A stretch of 64,000 nucleotides of DNA from Chrysomallon squamiferum (GCA_012295275.1 CM022670.1:37386001-37450000), one strand, 5' to 3'. Shown: positions 1 through 14,024, counted from the stretch's first letter. The notes: a model not told the origin generated them from the letters alone. A program made the numbers and translations.

Positions 1-1061
1 AGAGAAAAAAAAAAAAAATGATTATGAATTTTTCTACGTCTAATTACTATTTTTAACATTTATTACAACCATCAAGATTTGCTGCAAAATACGGGTATTT
101 CTCCCATGCTTATTTTGTTTCGCCTGATTTTTTGCCCAGCTGGGGTTATAAAGTGCCGCACCATCTTTTATCAAATCCTGGACCATCTCTTTGTTTTTTT
201 GCCACCGGAGCTTACAAGCCGGTGCAAACTGTAGAAAATATGTTAAGAGCCGTCACACACCGCCAAACAGTGTAATTGTAGTGAATAACGATTAATATTT
301 CACTTTATCACTCTAATTCTTTAACGCATTCACTCGAGTGTGGTGCATTTTCACTGATGTGATTCTAATAATCAGCCAGGTGAGGAGGTCAGTTAACAGT
401 GATTAAGAACTGCTTTGGAATTAACAGGAGTCGAGAGAGAGAGAGAGAAAAAAACCACAAACAATTACAGACGCTAATACAGACCTTAACGATCAGTAAA
501 TCAACATTCTTTGTTACAAACGGAGAGGTTATGACCATCCGAATTGATTCCAGCAGTGCCAGAACTTAGTGAGATCCCAGCGTTTATTAAGCACTGGTAA
601 TAATTTAATAATAAATAAACATATTTTCCGCACTAATAACATTTAACGAGCTTCGGAGACCAAAATATAACAGCAAAACGTTATAATATGAGAGTAAATT
701 TTGGGTTAATAACAGTTACGTGTTAAACAATTGCCATAATAAATAAAGCGTGTTTATGGTTGAGTGGTGTGTTTGTAACGTTATTACCAGACATTTAACT
801 AGATTTAAAACATTTATGAAAACAAATAAATAAAATTAATAATCTTCAGCGATGTTTTTTATTGCGCCAATACCAAATATTACATTAAAATAACATCACA
901 ACAAATAAATAAGATTCTTATCAACGAATGATATCTTTGTGGTTACCAGTACCAAAAAATGACATGTTCGAAATCAGTGTTAAAATAATATATCACAACA
1001 AACAAATAAAATCATTATAACTGAATCACATTTTGTTACGCCAACAAACCTAAATCTGATA

Positions 1062-1510
1062 CAGGGGATCCTCGAGTTATGGCGGAGTTCCGTTGCTACG
1101 GCGGTTTTCGTAAGGCGATTGTCGATGCAAGTCGAAATTACCACAGCCTAAGTCACTTACCTAACGTAAATTCATACGTATATATCAAGAAATAGGACTA
1201 GGCCATAGAAAAATGAAAGGGAACCATACTGAATGGTAAAAAGTCACACACAAAAAAACACAAACACAAAAATGAGAGAGCTAATGTAAACAAAGCAGAC
1301 GGTACCCAAAAAACGGCGCCACTTCTCCCAAACAAACGCCGCGTAACGACGTATTATTCCGCCGCCCTCACAAACAAGTTCGCCCGCGACGTTTGAATTT
1401 TACGTCGCACTGCTTAATGTCGACTTTATTTTTTTTTGAAATTATTTATGGGATTACCGCCGTAAATTAGAAACGGCGCATGTCAAGGATGACGTATTGG
1501 AGGACCCCTG
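1062..1510. mobile_element. Non-autonomous Tc1/mariner-superfamily (Tigger/pogo-like) MITE, 449 bp, in a NompC intron
   Basis: TA|CAGGGGATCCTC at the left and GAGGACCCCTG|TA at the right: imperfect TIRs with TA target duplications at 1060-61 and 1511-12. The interior is CpG-rich relative to the flanks and has no ORF. Confidence 0.8.
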
Positions 1511-1871
1511 TATAAACAACGAATTAATATCAAATTATCATGGGTTTCTTTAGCAGGGTGGGGGCTGATACGCATATTCTTTTCTCCCATTGTTTGAAAA
1601 TGGTTTGCGTAATTTGGTCAAGCCCATTTGTTTAAACGTTGAAAATAATAACAGAGCTTTTCTAGAGTTAAAACTGGCTAATTTGTTTAGATAAAAAACA
1701 GAGGTAATGGCTCAATAGAGATAAGTCATTGTTTGTTGTTCAACGTTTAGAAATAAACTGGAAATAATTTAAGACAGATTTATTTGTTATTCATGCTGTT
1801 GTGCCAATCCCATGCAATTTAATCGTCGAACAATGGTAACTATTTGTAGGTGTTTTAGGAGAGGCATGTGA

Positions 1872-1907
<36 letters not shown>

Positions 1908-2001
1908 GTTGTTATTATTATTATTATTATAATGTTTTACTTTATGCAATTAATTTCTTTTCATGAATTTAGTACAGACCTTTTTAATTTATTTATTATT
2001 A

Positions 2002-2046
<45 letters not shown>

Positions 2047-2271
2047 GTGACCCAATCTCGATTATTATTACTCATTCCCATGGAATGTCGCCTTAATATC
2101 AAATAGCTGTGTTGTGTTTCAAAACATCTGTACTTTGTACGTTTAAAATATAATTGTTGATATTGTGAATGGAATGAAGGAAATATGTCCAGGAAAGGTC
2201 ATTTTGCCAAAATTTCGTCATTATCTTAAAACAACAAAATAATAATAACAATAAAAACAGTAACAAAAAGG

Positions 2272-2272
<1 letters not shown>

Positions 2273-2340
<68 letters not shown>
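2273..2340. repeat. (AAT)n microsatellite, representative of many simple repeats
   Basis: Others: (AGT)n ~6033-6113; (AAT)n ~6205, 12707, 13933 and 62520; (AG)n ~8704, 10709 and 11073; (AC/TG)n ~38455, 38738 and 53875; (AGA)n ~39658; (TAGG)n ~20621; (TA)n ~53768. Confidence 0.95.
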
Positions 2341-2342
<2 letters not shown>

Positions 2343-5104
2343 TAATAAATAAATAAATAAATAAATATGCTGTAATGCTAATGAGGGAAAAGCATGATTC
2401 AAATACACGTTTGTGTTTAAAATAGTAGGTGCTGCGAAACCTACTGGCATGAATTACAAAAGAATAACGCACTTTAATCTACTCTGTGAAGTATCATCAC
2501 TTGTTTTACTTAAGGTGATTGCTTAGTCAATAACTGATGGGAGTATGGCTGTGGTTTTATCAACGGATGAATGTTATAATGCCCTGGCGTTAAGAAAAAC
2601 TGAGTGAAGTGTGTACTTGTGCATCGGTGAAACGAAAAAAAAAAAAAAAAAGGACGGTAAAGACATATGTAATGTCAAGGTCACCGAGTTGGCGCAACAA
2701 TAGCTAAAGTGTTATTGGTTTTTAGAATGGATGGTTTTTATCCGTCAGAAGTTTTTCGAGAAAAAAAATCTTATTGGTTAAAGAATGGGTCATTATAATG
2801 TGAGAAGCTTTTCTAACATGGTGCTTTTAAAGTTATTAAGCCATCATTTTTTTTCGTAAGATTAATGAATAGTTATTGTCTCAAAAAGTCTTTGAAGATA
2901 ATCATAATGTTCTATCTGTTATTGCTGCATCTAATGTTGTCTTAGAGTGATGTCATACAATTACCTATAAAATGAATAAATATTGTGTATAATAACTGGT
3001 TATTATATGTTACAGAATGGACGTTGTTGCTGATCAGTGCTGTAGATGGGTATACCGAAAATTAAGTGCGCGAGCGTGAATTTATAAAGCATTTTGCTGT
3101 GCGGTCGTCTGGTTTAATTTCATAGGTTAATCGCACCAATATATATATATATATATATATTATTATTATTATTATTATTATATAAGATCATATAAATAGG
3201 TTGTGCTAGCTGCGCCAGATGCATCCAAAGTTTTCGTTTTTATTAATGTTCTCGTTGACATAAATTTGGGAAACAGAATCGACCAGTATTGATGACATTG
3301 CGTAAGTCCGAGATTTTTAAAACTCAGATCAATTATATTAACAGCGGTAAGACGTTACTCAAAGAGGACAAAAAAGATAAAAATACATGATACTACGCAA
3401 GATAAATCTTTTTTTTTTTTTTTTTTTTTTTTACTTTGAAAGACCTGATTTCATTGGCATTGCAATAATCTCAAAGAATTACAAGATTAAATTTTGTTCT
3501 GAAGGCATTTCTTTCCTACTTAGGTTGTTTAAAAAATTTAACACGTCTAAAATGTTCCAGCCATTGATCTGATCAGCTTGTTAAGCGATTTCCCACAGCA
3601 CAGATTTGTTTGAAAATTCATGTTTTACTGGTTAGGGAACAGAAAATAATTGTTCTTAAGAAAACTTTCTAAGATGAAAACGTAATGTTCAAGAATGGAT
3701 ATTTATCGTAAAACAGTTCCATGCGTATATTCAGTAAATATATTTCGTAGTTTTGAAATTTTCTTTCAGTAATTTCGTTTTGCAAGATTTTTTTTTTCTC
3801 TGTTAAGAGGTTTCGTAATATGAGATTTTCTTACAGTAGACAGATTTCATACTGACAAACGTTTTTAGTAGACAGGTTTTCAGTGTCAGATTTTGTTTCA
3901 GTATATATATATTAGGCAGTGAAATATTTTCGTTCAGTCGACAGATTTAATTAACTAATCACAAACGATCCTCTAAGAAGATAATTTATCATCATTACCA
4001 AGCTGTCCTGTTGACTAATTATTATTATTTTTATTACTTACACCACTATCTGAACATCACACCACACACACGTTAAAATTCAGTATTTTCTGTATTAAAT
4101 ACCGCTTCGCTTGATTCGCATTAGCACCTGTTATTGATCCGGCGTGATTGCGAATTAATATAATCCTCGCAATTCTCTCACGCCTAGCATTTGAAGTCAC
4201 CAAATCATTTTACATTAGAGTTGTTTACTCGAACCCATCGATTTCAAGTAGTCTCCACTTCAGCGTTTGGTTTGTGAAAACTCGGCTTATAGAAGCCGAT
4301 CGAATCGTCTTTTGACGTTACAATGAAATAGCAATTAAGCGGAAATATGATATGAATTTCTTTTCGTTCTAAGCTGATTCATCAAATGATGATATTAATG
4401 TTGAAGGTGTTATTGTTAGAGGTATTTTATTTTTTAACTCGGTGTTTGTTATTTATTATAACTACATCTATCTATCTGTCAATTTATCTATCTATCTATA
4501 TGTAAATTTTTAAATATATTTATATACACATACATATATGTATGTATATTAATAATACTAATATATGTTAATACGATGACTTAAAGGGTGGTGGCACTGA
4601 CAGAAGTTACACAACAATATCTGTTGTATTTATGACAGTTGTAATAGTTATAGTAATAGTATTAACTGTGATAATGTCAGTAGTAATATAGTTAAAGTAC
4701 TTTACTTTATAAAACGTAACTGAAAGACAATCGTTTTAAGAGTTATTACCAGTTCATTTATATTTTATAATACTTTTTCACAACCATTTAATTATTTTTA
4801 TTTTTTATTATTATTATTTTTTTTTACACTATTTTAATATCATTTATGATTAATATTGTGCTAATTATCGAAGTAATAACAATTCTTTGTTTGATAACTT
4901 TTCTGTTTTCTTCTAGACGTAACTTTCAGGTTTAAGTGAGTTTCTCAGAAAAAAATAAATAAAACGTCAACGACAACGAAATGTAAAACACATACACCCA
5001 CTACGTCTCCTTCCTTAACCCCCATGTAACGTCAGTATAAGACTGAAACAAACCATGTTCATACAACAAATGTATTACAAGTAATCTTATAAACTAACAC
5101 ACTG

Positions 5105-5722
5105 AATCGCTTATTGCTACTTGTTACAAATTATTACTATTATAAATGTGTGGCGTATTACTACTTAATACTATTATAATTTATTATTATTATTATAAAT
5201 GTATCGCTTATTCATACTTAATACTATTATAAATTATTACTGTTATAACTGTGGCTTATTCATACTTAATACTATTATAAATTATCACTATTATCAATTG
5301 ATGGATTATTTCTACTTAATTCTATTATAAATTATTACTATTATAAATGTATGGCTTACTAAAATACTGTTATAAATTATTATAAATGTACTTATTACTA
5401 TTATAATTTATTATTATTATTATAAATGTATTGCTTATTCATACTTAATACTATTATAATTTATTAGTATTATAAATGTATGGCTTACTATAAATTTAAC
5501 TATTATAATTTATTATTATTATTATAAATGTATTGCTTATTCATACTTAATACTATTATAATTTATTATTACTATTATAAATGTGTGACTTATTACTACT
5601 TTTATAAAGTATTATTATTATTATAAATGTGTTACTTATTACTACTTACTACTATTATAAAGTATTATTATTATAAATGTGTAACTTATTTCTAATTAAC
5701 ACTATTATAAATTATTATAAAG
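5105..5722. repeat. Degenerate AT-rich minisatellite (~40-60 bp unit) abutting a NompC donor site
   Basis: ATTATAAATGTAT(G/T)GCTTATTCATACTTAATACTATTATAA-like units recur more than ten times. Confidence 0.85.
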
Positions 5723-5744
5723 GTGTGAAGCTGTCTGTACGTAC

Positions 5745-6053
5745 CCTGGCCTGTGTGTTGGGATTAACTCCTAAATCCAAAAGTCTTTCGACGACAACCA
5801 GTTTATTTTCGCGCACTGCTACCATTAACGGGGTAACTCCAGTTTCCTGAAAGAAAAACAAAATCCAGTAATAATCATAATAAAGTTTGGAACCAAAAAT
5901 GATTTTGATGGACAGTGCTTAATATATATTTAAGCAATGAAAAGTAAAGAATAAAACTGTATTTGACAGATACCTTTCTAAATGTGGTTAAATTGGCATC
6001 AGAATAAATTGTCAGTTTCCTGTAATATTATGAGTAGTAGTACTACTAGTAGC

Positions 6054-6122
<69 letters not shown>

Positions 6123-6204
6123 GGTGGTAGTGATAAAAGGAGGAGATTAGTAGTAGCTGTATTAATTAAGAATGAAAAAAAAAACGGAGAAAGAAGTCAT
6201 TTAC

Positions 6205-6255
<51 letters not shown>

Positions 6256-7273
6256 CATAATCATAATCATAATCATAATAATAATCATAACTAATGTTTA
6301 TGTCCAGATTAGTTTTAAAAAAGATTCATTTTATTAGAAACTTCAACAAAAGGAAGTTTTCAATAGCCAGTCCCATCCTATCTTTTTCTCTCAATCCATC
6401 CGTCTATCCATCTAACCATCCTCCATCACCTTTTTTTTTTATCTCGTCTTTTTTTTGTGTCCTTTTTCATCCTTTTCTGTCACTATCTTTCTCTCTGTCT
6501 GTCTGACTCACATTCTGATACACCCACAATCACAAAGATACTCATTGTTAAAGGAAACTTTTGTAACATTTTTAAAAATCTATTCAGCCTAGAATGATTA
6601 TTTAGGATCTAATGGTGACAAAATTAATGTTCAAAACACACTTGCATAAGAGTAGCAGAGCTTGAAAAAGTTCTATTTTAGGGATAACCTGTATAGTGTC
6701 AGTATAAATAAATTATGTAATTATTTCAAGAAATTATTAGAGTGAGGAAATCTGATGAGACACTTAGTGATAGACACAGATATGTATTTTTAAATTATTA
6801 ATTGACCTGTTCTTCATTTTAATATTCACATAAATTTAGATGATAATTTCAACTTCATCAGCCTACCTTTTAGATTTGTTTAACCCTGAGGTTTCTTTTT
6901 CTAGAATTCGTATTTTTGGGGCTTGCATATAAAGTAAATTTATAAATAAACGTGGAGCAAAATTTCTTTAGATCGTCAAAAACTCGAAAATTTTAAAGTT
7001 TTTATTTCTTATTCCTACCTCATCTGACTCGGTTAATTCGGAATTTCCTTTTTCTAGAGTTCTTAGTTTTTGTTCTAGAAACATCCATTCTCCTCTGTTA
7101 CAAAGAGATAAAACGTTGGCTTGAGTCTGGTTGAGGATGTTCCCGAACGAAGCCGAGGACGCGGTCTCCGAGTTAGAATCGTAATTTTTCACAGACACTC
7201 CGCTGCTGATTCCGCTTGAAGATGCACTTCCGCTGGCGGGATTCTGAAGTTTGTTGTCTTCCTGAGTAATCAT
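5745..7273 (-). CDS. TRPN1: TRPN/NompC mechanosensory TRP channel, first two coding exons (partial; gene continues beyond the left edge)
   Basis: Exons 7273-7019 (MITQ...ANVLSLCNRGEWMFLEQKLRTLEKGNSELTESDE, donor gtagga) and 5846-5745 (ETGVTPLMVAVRENKLVVVERLLDLGVNPNTQAR, acceptor tttcag, donor gtacgt) join in phase 0. The GEW..LE..L..LEK and GxTPLM.A..N......RL..LG pattern matches the N-terminal ankyrin region of NompC/TRPN1 as I recall it. No third exon was found in 1-5744. Confidence 0.85.
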
Positions 7274-7583
7274 TTCGACGTCTGCTTATAAGTTCGCGCC
7301 AGTTATTATAATTTCTCTTGTTTCGTTTTGTCCCATTGTCAGTTTATATTATCAACCAGCGTCCTTGTATACGAGGTTTGTATTGGAACTGTAGATTGTC
7401 TTTTCCATTGTGAAATGTTCATAATTTAAACAAACGTTGATTTTGCGTCATTGTGTCTAATAAAAATATATATTTTTTATTTCTTATTACAAATAAGAGT
7501 ACAACGGTAATTTGTGACATCTTATTTTGAAATAAACAACTTTGTTGTTTACATTTTCTTATTTTTTTTTTTAAATAAAATTT

Positions 7584-7691
7584 AAATCCTATACATCAGG
7601 AAATTGAATTTTTCATTCACGTGCTAGAAAAAAAAAAAAAAATTAAATCCTCCTATACGTCAGGAAATTGAATTGTTTTCATTCACGTGCT
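7584..7691. repeat. Local tandem duplication (~43 bp) upstream of NompC; each copy has a CACGTG E-box
   Basis: CCTATAC(A/G)TCAGGAAATTGAATT..TTCATTCACGTGCTA occurs twice, separated by a poly-A tract. Confidence 0.85.
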
Positions 7692-8150
7692 ATTATTACT
7701 ATTCAGTCTTGTGAATAACAGTAATAACAATAATACAAAATACACATATTGACACCAGTTCTGAAAGGATGTTTGTTTGTTCTTGGAATCAATACACAAC
7801 GGCGATTCTCGAAGATAATTTTGAACAGTTAATTGAGATCATCAGAGTCACTTAGCTAGTCTTTGTAAACGCTGGATTAATTCCCGTCTGTCAACAAGTC
7901 CCGCGTTGCAATAACATTAATTAACGTATTCCTCAGCCATTGGGATGTTTGTTCACTCCTGCTACAGGCGTCTTCGTTTCTGAAGTCACTGACGACGTTA
8001 TATGTATTTTTTTTTTTCTTTCTCTCTCTCTCTTTTTTTTTCCTCGTGTCGATTGAATAAACCCACTTAATTTACTAACCATTTTTCAGTGTTGGTTTCT
8101 ATTAACACACTGGACGTGACTTCCCCGATTGTCACATCCATTCATACCCG

Positions 8151-8164
8151 GTTCCCATGACAAC
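8151..8164. promoter_or_regulatory. RFX X-box-like motif ~880 bp upstream of the NompC ATG
   Basis: GTTCCCATGACAAC fits the X-box consensus RTHNYYWTRRNRAC at all 14 positions and sits in a GC-enriched island (~7800-8620). Confidence 0.5.
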
Positions 8165-8702
8165 AAAACATTAATGCCACCATTGATGGATGCGAACGGG
8201 GTGCCAATATTTCGAGGGTTTTTCGGCTGCAAGACGTTTTGTGTTACATTTTTTCTAATATTTCGACCGAATTAAGATAAAACTGTTGTTCGTAAACACG
8301 GTCGTCTTCGGTAACGTATCCTTGGTTTTGGGACACGAACCATAAATAGGTGTCAAAAGAGAAAATTTGAGGGGCTAATTCTGAATTATCGATCCCCGAA
8401 AGAAACGTGGACTGTCCCACAGTAAATGAATTCTAAAACGCAACACGGCGGCCAAGACGGTTCAGTTTCCTGCCTTGAGGTTGATATCCAATAAAGCAAT
8501 CAGAGTCTGGGATCGAATAATTGGCAAATTGCATCGTTAACTTGCCGGGAATAATGATGGCGGCGGCCGCAGTTTAAACTACACCCTGTAAGTGAAGGGC
8601 ACACTGCACAATGTATCCCATTTCATTTAAACGCTGTCAAAACGTTATTAATTAGTAGTTGTGTCCTTGTTGTGATTTATTAGTATTACCAGGGTGTATG
8701 AT

Positions 8703-8758
<56 letters not shown>

Positions 8759-8811
8759 GAATGACAGTCAGACAGAAATGCTAATGGCGATAGTAGATAA
8801 CAAAAATAGTA

Positions 8812-8843
<32 letters not shown>

Positions 8844-9445
8844 TTATTATTATTATTATTTTATATTCATACAGATTTACCGTATGAAAAGTTATAAAAA
8901 AAATAGATATGGAGAGAAAGAGAGCGAGATGGGCAAAATTAAATTTAAAACAATGTGCATAACTTAGTTAACAAACACACAAATAAATATATACACAAAG
9001 ACACATGTACGTACACAATACACTTATATCACACACACACACACAAACACACAACACACAACACACACACAACACACACACACTCACAACCACCACGTAT
9101 AAATTAATCAATGTAGGTATGCACAACATGTTGAAAAATTAAAAATAATCTCTGTCGTTTCCATTTTGCTTATTTTACGCAGACCGGCTATGGCACACTG
9201 ATGTCGTAAATGCAACTAGGCCAAACGCAGCCACTTTCCCGTGGTTTCCACCATCAAGTCATTTGCCATCAAGTGTTGATCAATATGCCATTTTAAAAGA
9301 TCGCGATCGCGTGAAGGGCTTTCATAAACAAGCAATACCGATACCTGTCAAAAGTGCATGGTCCTGAAAAGTTTTATAATTAACGCAGATACCTGGTGAT
9401 ACCTGAGAGTGAAGCGTAATCTCGGTCATATCAGTTTCAGACATT

Positions 9446-10024
9446 ATGTCGGTATGTGTGTGTGTGTGTGTGTTGTATGTGTGTGTGTGTTTTATATGTA
9501 TTCGTGTGTATATTTATCTCACGTGTATATATTTGTGTTTATTCACGTGTTTATATTTGTATGTGTATAGTTGTGTATATATATGTGTGTGTGTGTGTAT
9601 ATATATATATATACACCTGTTGGTAAGTAAATATGTATGAATATGTTTATATGTGGAAACACGTCTGTGCATACGTATATATGTATGTATGTATATGTAC
9701 GTATATGTATATTTGTATGAGTGTGTAGGTATATGTGTGTGTGTGTGTGTTTGTTTGTGTATGTACGTATATGTATGTTTGTATGAGTGTGTCTGTGTGT
9801 GTGTGTGTGTGTTTGTGTATGTACGTATATGTATGTTTGTATGAGTGTGTGTGCTGCTGTGTGTGTTTGTGTATGTACGTATATGTATGTTTGTATGAGT
9901 GTGTCTGTGTGTGTGTGTGTGTGTTTGTGTATGTACGTATATGTATGTTTGTATGAGTGTGTAGGTGTGTGTGTGTGTGTGTTTGCGTGTGTTTGTGTGT
10001 TGTGTGTGTGTGTGTATGTATGTA

Positions 10025-10058
<34 letters not shown>
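9446..10058. repeat. Compound (TG/TA) microsatellite with a higher-order unit
   Basis: GTTTGTGTATGTACGTATATGTATGTTTGTATGAGTGTGT recurs about five times among (TG)n tracts and explains the spurious CV/HT ORFs. Confidence 0.9.
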
Positions 10059-10113
10059 TGAATGCGGAGATGGATATGTCTTTTTTACGGTATGTATATA
10101 TGTGTGCAAGTAC

Positions 10114-10162
<49 letters not shown>

Positions 10163-10508
10163 TGAGATATTATCAGTTAAATAAACTAAAAAAAAAGCTG
10201 ATTCTGAGTTGTCATAATTTATCAGCGTCAGCTTATATTTGTTAACGTGGAAAGGCTGTACTACACACATAAATTTATTGCAGCACTTTACTGCGTTATG
10301 CGTTTTATTGTGTAATAGCTTGTACCTTCAAAGTGTGGTGCAGCAACATGTTGCACGCAGGACAGAAATTAAAGCTAATATAATCATTAATAACCGTAAA
10401 ATCCACTTCAACTACTTCGCTTTTGTTGTATGAATAATCGAAATAAAACAACGACTGGATCACGTACGCATATTACATTTGTATTCTGTGTTACGCTGAA
10501 TAAATAAA

Positions 10509-10544
<36 letters not shown>

Positions 10545-10706
10545 TTTTTACGGTTATAAGTACTCTGATACCTTTTTAATGACGGTAATACACCTATTTT
10601 GATAATATTCAAATTCATAAATAATTATTGCAGTTTACGTCAAACGAATAGAAGCTTGGATAATATATTTTTGTTCACTTGCATGCAGGGGAGTGGGAAA
10701 CAAAAT

Positions 10707-10766
<60 letters not shown>

Positions 10767-11068
10767 CTTCAGACTCAGTCTTATAAAACTGTGACTATTG
10801 TGTCTAACAATGAAAACATTTGTTAAAAGATGTCACATGAGAATATGAGAGAGTGAAAGGTAAATAACACCTTCGAGTTATAAAAATTAAATTACAGATT
10901 ATGATGAATACAAAGATCGTATGGCAATAAGCTTAATGTATTTGTTTTAATTTTTCATAATCAAAGACTCCAGAGAAAACGTATTACGGGATGGTGCCAT
11001 TCGCCCATGATATTAACCGAACGTTTCATTTAGTCTATATAAAGAAACTGATAAATTAATATTATTAA

Positions 11069-11150
<82 letters not shown>

Positions 11151-12706
11151 GGGTTTCTCTCTTATGTAACATATCCTATTTCTGTCTTTAAAAACAATCA
11201 TTCGACTTTATGAGTGTTTTCACAATGTTGTTTTATCAGCTTTCTTTAAGGAAAAAAAACAAAAACAAGACTTACACTTACAGTGTTCAAAGTATTTTGT
11301 CAAAATAACTTGGTTTCTGCGGTCTGGTGTTACTATGTAATTAAAACAAAATACACACCCGTATGAAATTCTGTTCAGTTTCATTGATTCGCCGATAATT
11401 AATTAAGAACAACATGAAAGTGCAATTACAATTAATTTGGCATGTATAATTGAATTTGTTTCGTGAGCTTTACGTAACAAATACATTTTGTGTTTGTGGA
11501 ACTGAGCGCCATGGACAGTGTGTGTACTTTTGCTAATATGGAGGAGATTTTCGAAGGAAAAAAAATGTCAATTCTCTAATGGATATTGATCTTAAATCAA
11601 TGACTGCATTTGCAGATGGGGTCTTATCTCGTCCATCTAGAACTTACCAACTGTAAAATAATCGAAATGCAATAAAAATAACTGAAAGGTAAGACAAAGA
11701 GATGACGTCTAAAGATATTGGTTCAACTTATGACGGTTTTTGGGGCAACATTTATTACAGTGGCGAAATCCGCCCACAATTATTTTTCGATTTTTTGTAT
11801 TTATTTTTGTATTTATTTATTTATTATTATTTATTTTTTTAACCTTTCTTGTTTTCGTTTCCATGGATCATTTTTATAAACAACATCTACGATACTATCA
11901 ACGGCTAGGAATGAATATATAAATAAATGAACATGTGAATTAACGAATCATTTTATATATTTTTTAAAGTCACCTTAATACATTTAAAATATTAAATTTC
12001 ATACAGTTTAAGCATTTGTATAATTGTTTTTGACATTAAAAAAGAAACTCGTTACCTCAAGTTTGCAGTGTTGTAATATTTTTGCACGAACCTTCCAATG
12101 GACACGAAAACATATAACAACAACATAATGAACACATAATAAACAAACAAACACGCAAAAAATAACTATCATATTTTAAATTTTAAATCCTTAGCATGGG
12201 TCGATGCTGTTGTTATTGCTGTTGCCGCTAGTGCTTTTTACATTTTTCTTTTGTTTAAAAAGCACTGAAAAGGTATCGTTTAAAAATTGCCTAGCATTTT
12301 ACGCATTTTATTATTTTTTTTTTTTTAAACAAATAGAAACCGTCAGCCTTTATGCAGCACTTTACCAATGCGGTCATACAGCGAAAGATTATAATTACTT
12401 AAATATCAGTTCAGCAGGAAATTAAATTGCAGGGAAAGTCATCAAAGTGCAAAACAAACAAACGACACGCATCACTTACTGCAAACTGTTTATCAGTTTA
12501 CTCAGTGAACTATTCGTTATCACAATATTACAGAATCAAAACAGCGCACGGTGTGTAAATGCAGGTAGCAAATCGGAAAATTACTTCGCAAATCAGGTAT
12601 CAAAATCACTGAACGCATGACTCTCGAAATACTTTAAAATCATACAGATCATTTACAAGTCAAATAATAAATTTGTTACAATTACCGAGTACACAGTGAA
12701 TATTAA

Positions 12707-12777
<71 letters not shown>

Positions 12778-13097
12778 TAATAATAATAACAACAACAATA
12801 AAAACAATAACAGCAACAACACAAAACAACAACAACAACAAATAAAAATAAATAAACAGAAAGCTTGAAAAAATATGATTTATCTCAGTAACTGAGCACT
12901 TGAGGCTTATTTAGACGAAAACACGTCATGATCAAAGGAAACAAAATTGTCGTTTTTCATGCTTTTTTTGCCAATTTGTCATGCTCTGTTATTAGCGACG
13001 TTTAGTCACGAAAAACAAACACACAGTCACATAAAACAAGTCGAAAAAGCATTTAGGCTATTTATTCTCACCCCCGCAAATGAATAAGTAAATTAAT

Positions 13098-13135
<38 letters not shown>

Positions 13136-13149
13136 AAAAAAAATAAAAT

Positions 13150-13352
13150 AACGTAACGTAACATAACATAGCATAACATTACACAACAGCATATCTAACT
13201 AGCGTAAAGTAACGTAACGTAACGTAATGTAACGTAAAACAGCGTTGCAAGGCAAAGCACAGCGTAACTTAGCAGAGGCGAGCGCAGGACAGCTTAACAT
13301 AGCGTAACATAGTATAACATAACGTAGTATAGAATAATATAACATTACATAA
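13150..13352. repeat. Degenerate pentanucleotide repeat (ACGTA/ACATA/GCATA)
   Basis: Clear 5-bp periodicity, e.g. aacgtaacgtaacgtaatgtaacgtaa. Confidence 0.8.
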
Positions 13353-13540
13353 CAAAATGGTAATAAGTAAATAAAATAAATAAATAAATAATCAAGCAAA
13401 CAAATACATCATGCTTCGGTCGATTTATTTACTTGTATGAGTTATTAATGATATGCGATGCCTCTTATTTAAGTGTATAAAGTGTATAATATTAGTGTAT
13501 CTGTCTGTCAGAATTTTTGTTTGGAAATGCAGAAGGGAAA

Positions 13541-13639
13541 CATTATCCGTAACTTAGTATCAAACAAAGCTGTGGATTCTACTTAAAAAATGAATTAATA
13601 ACAATTCTTCAGTTTGTATTATCTTTTATTATTTTTATT

Positions 13640-13679
<40 letters not shown>

Positions 13680-13700
13680 TTATTATTATCTATTATTATT

Positions 13701-13739
<39 letters not shown>

Positions 13740-13890
13740 TTTTGTTTCCGATGTTGTTGTTTTGTTGTTTTGTTTATGAAAATTATCCGTAACTTAGTAT
13801 CAAACAAAACATTATTATCATCTTGACTCTTTTTTATCAGTGGATTCTACTAAAAAAAAATGAATTAATTTCGTTGTAACAATTCTTCAG
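13541..13890. repeat. Local direct duplication interrupted by microsatellites
   Basis: ATTATCCGTAACTTAGTATCAAACAAA...GTGGATTCTACT...TGAATTAAT...TAACAATTCTTCAG appears at about 13542-13612 and 13781-13890. Confidence 0.8.
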
Positions 13891-13933
13891 ATTTTTAATA
13901 GTTCAATTAAAGATGATGATGGTGATGATGATG

Positions 13934-14024
<91 letters not shown>

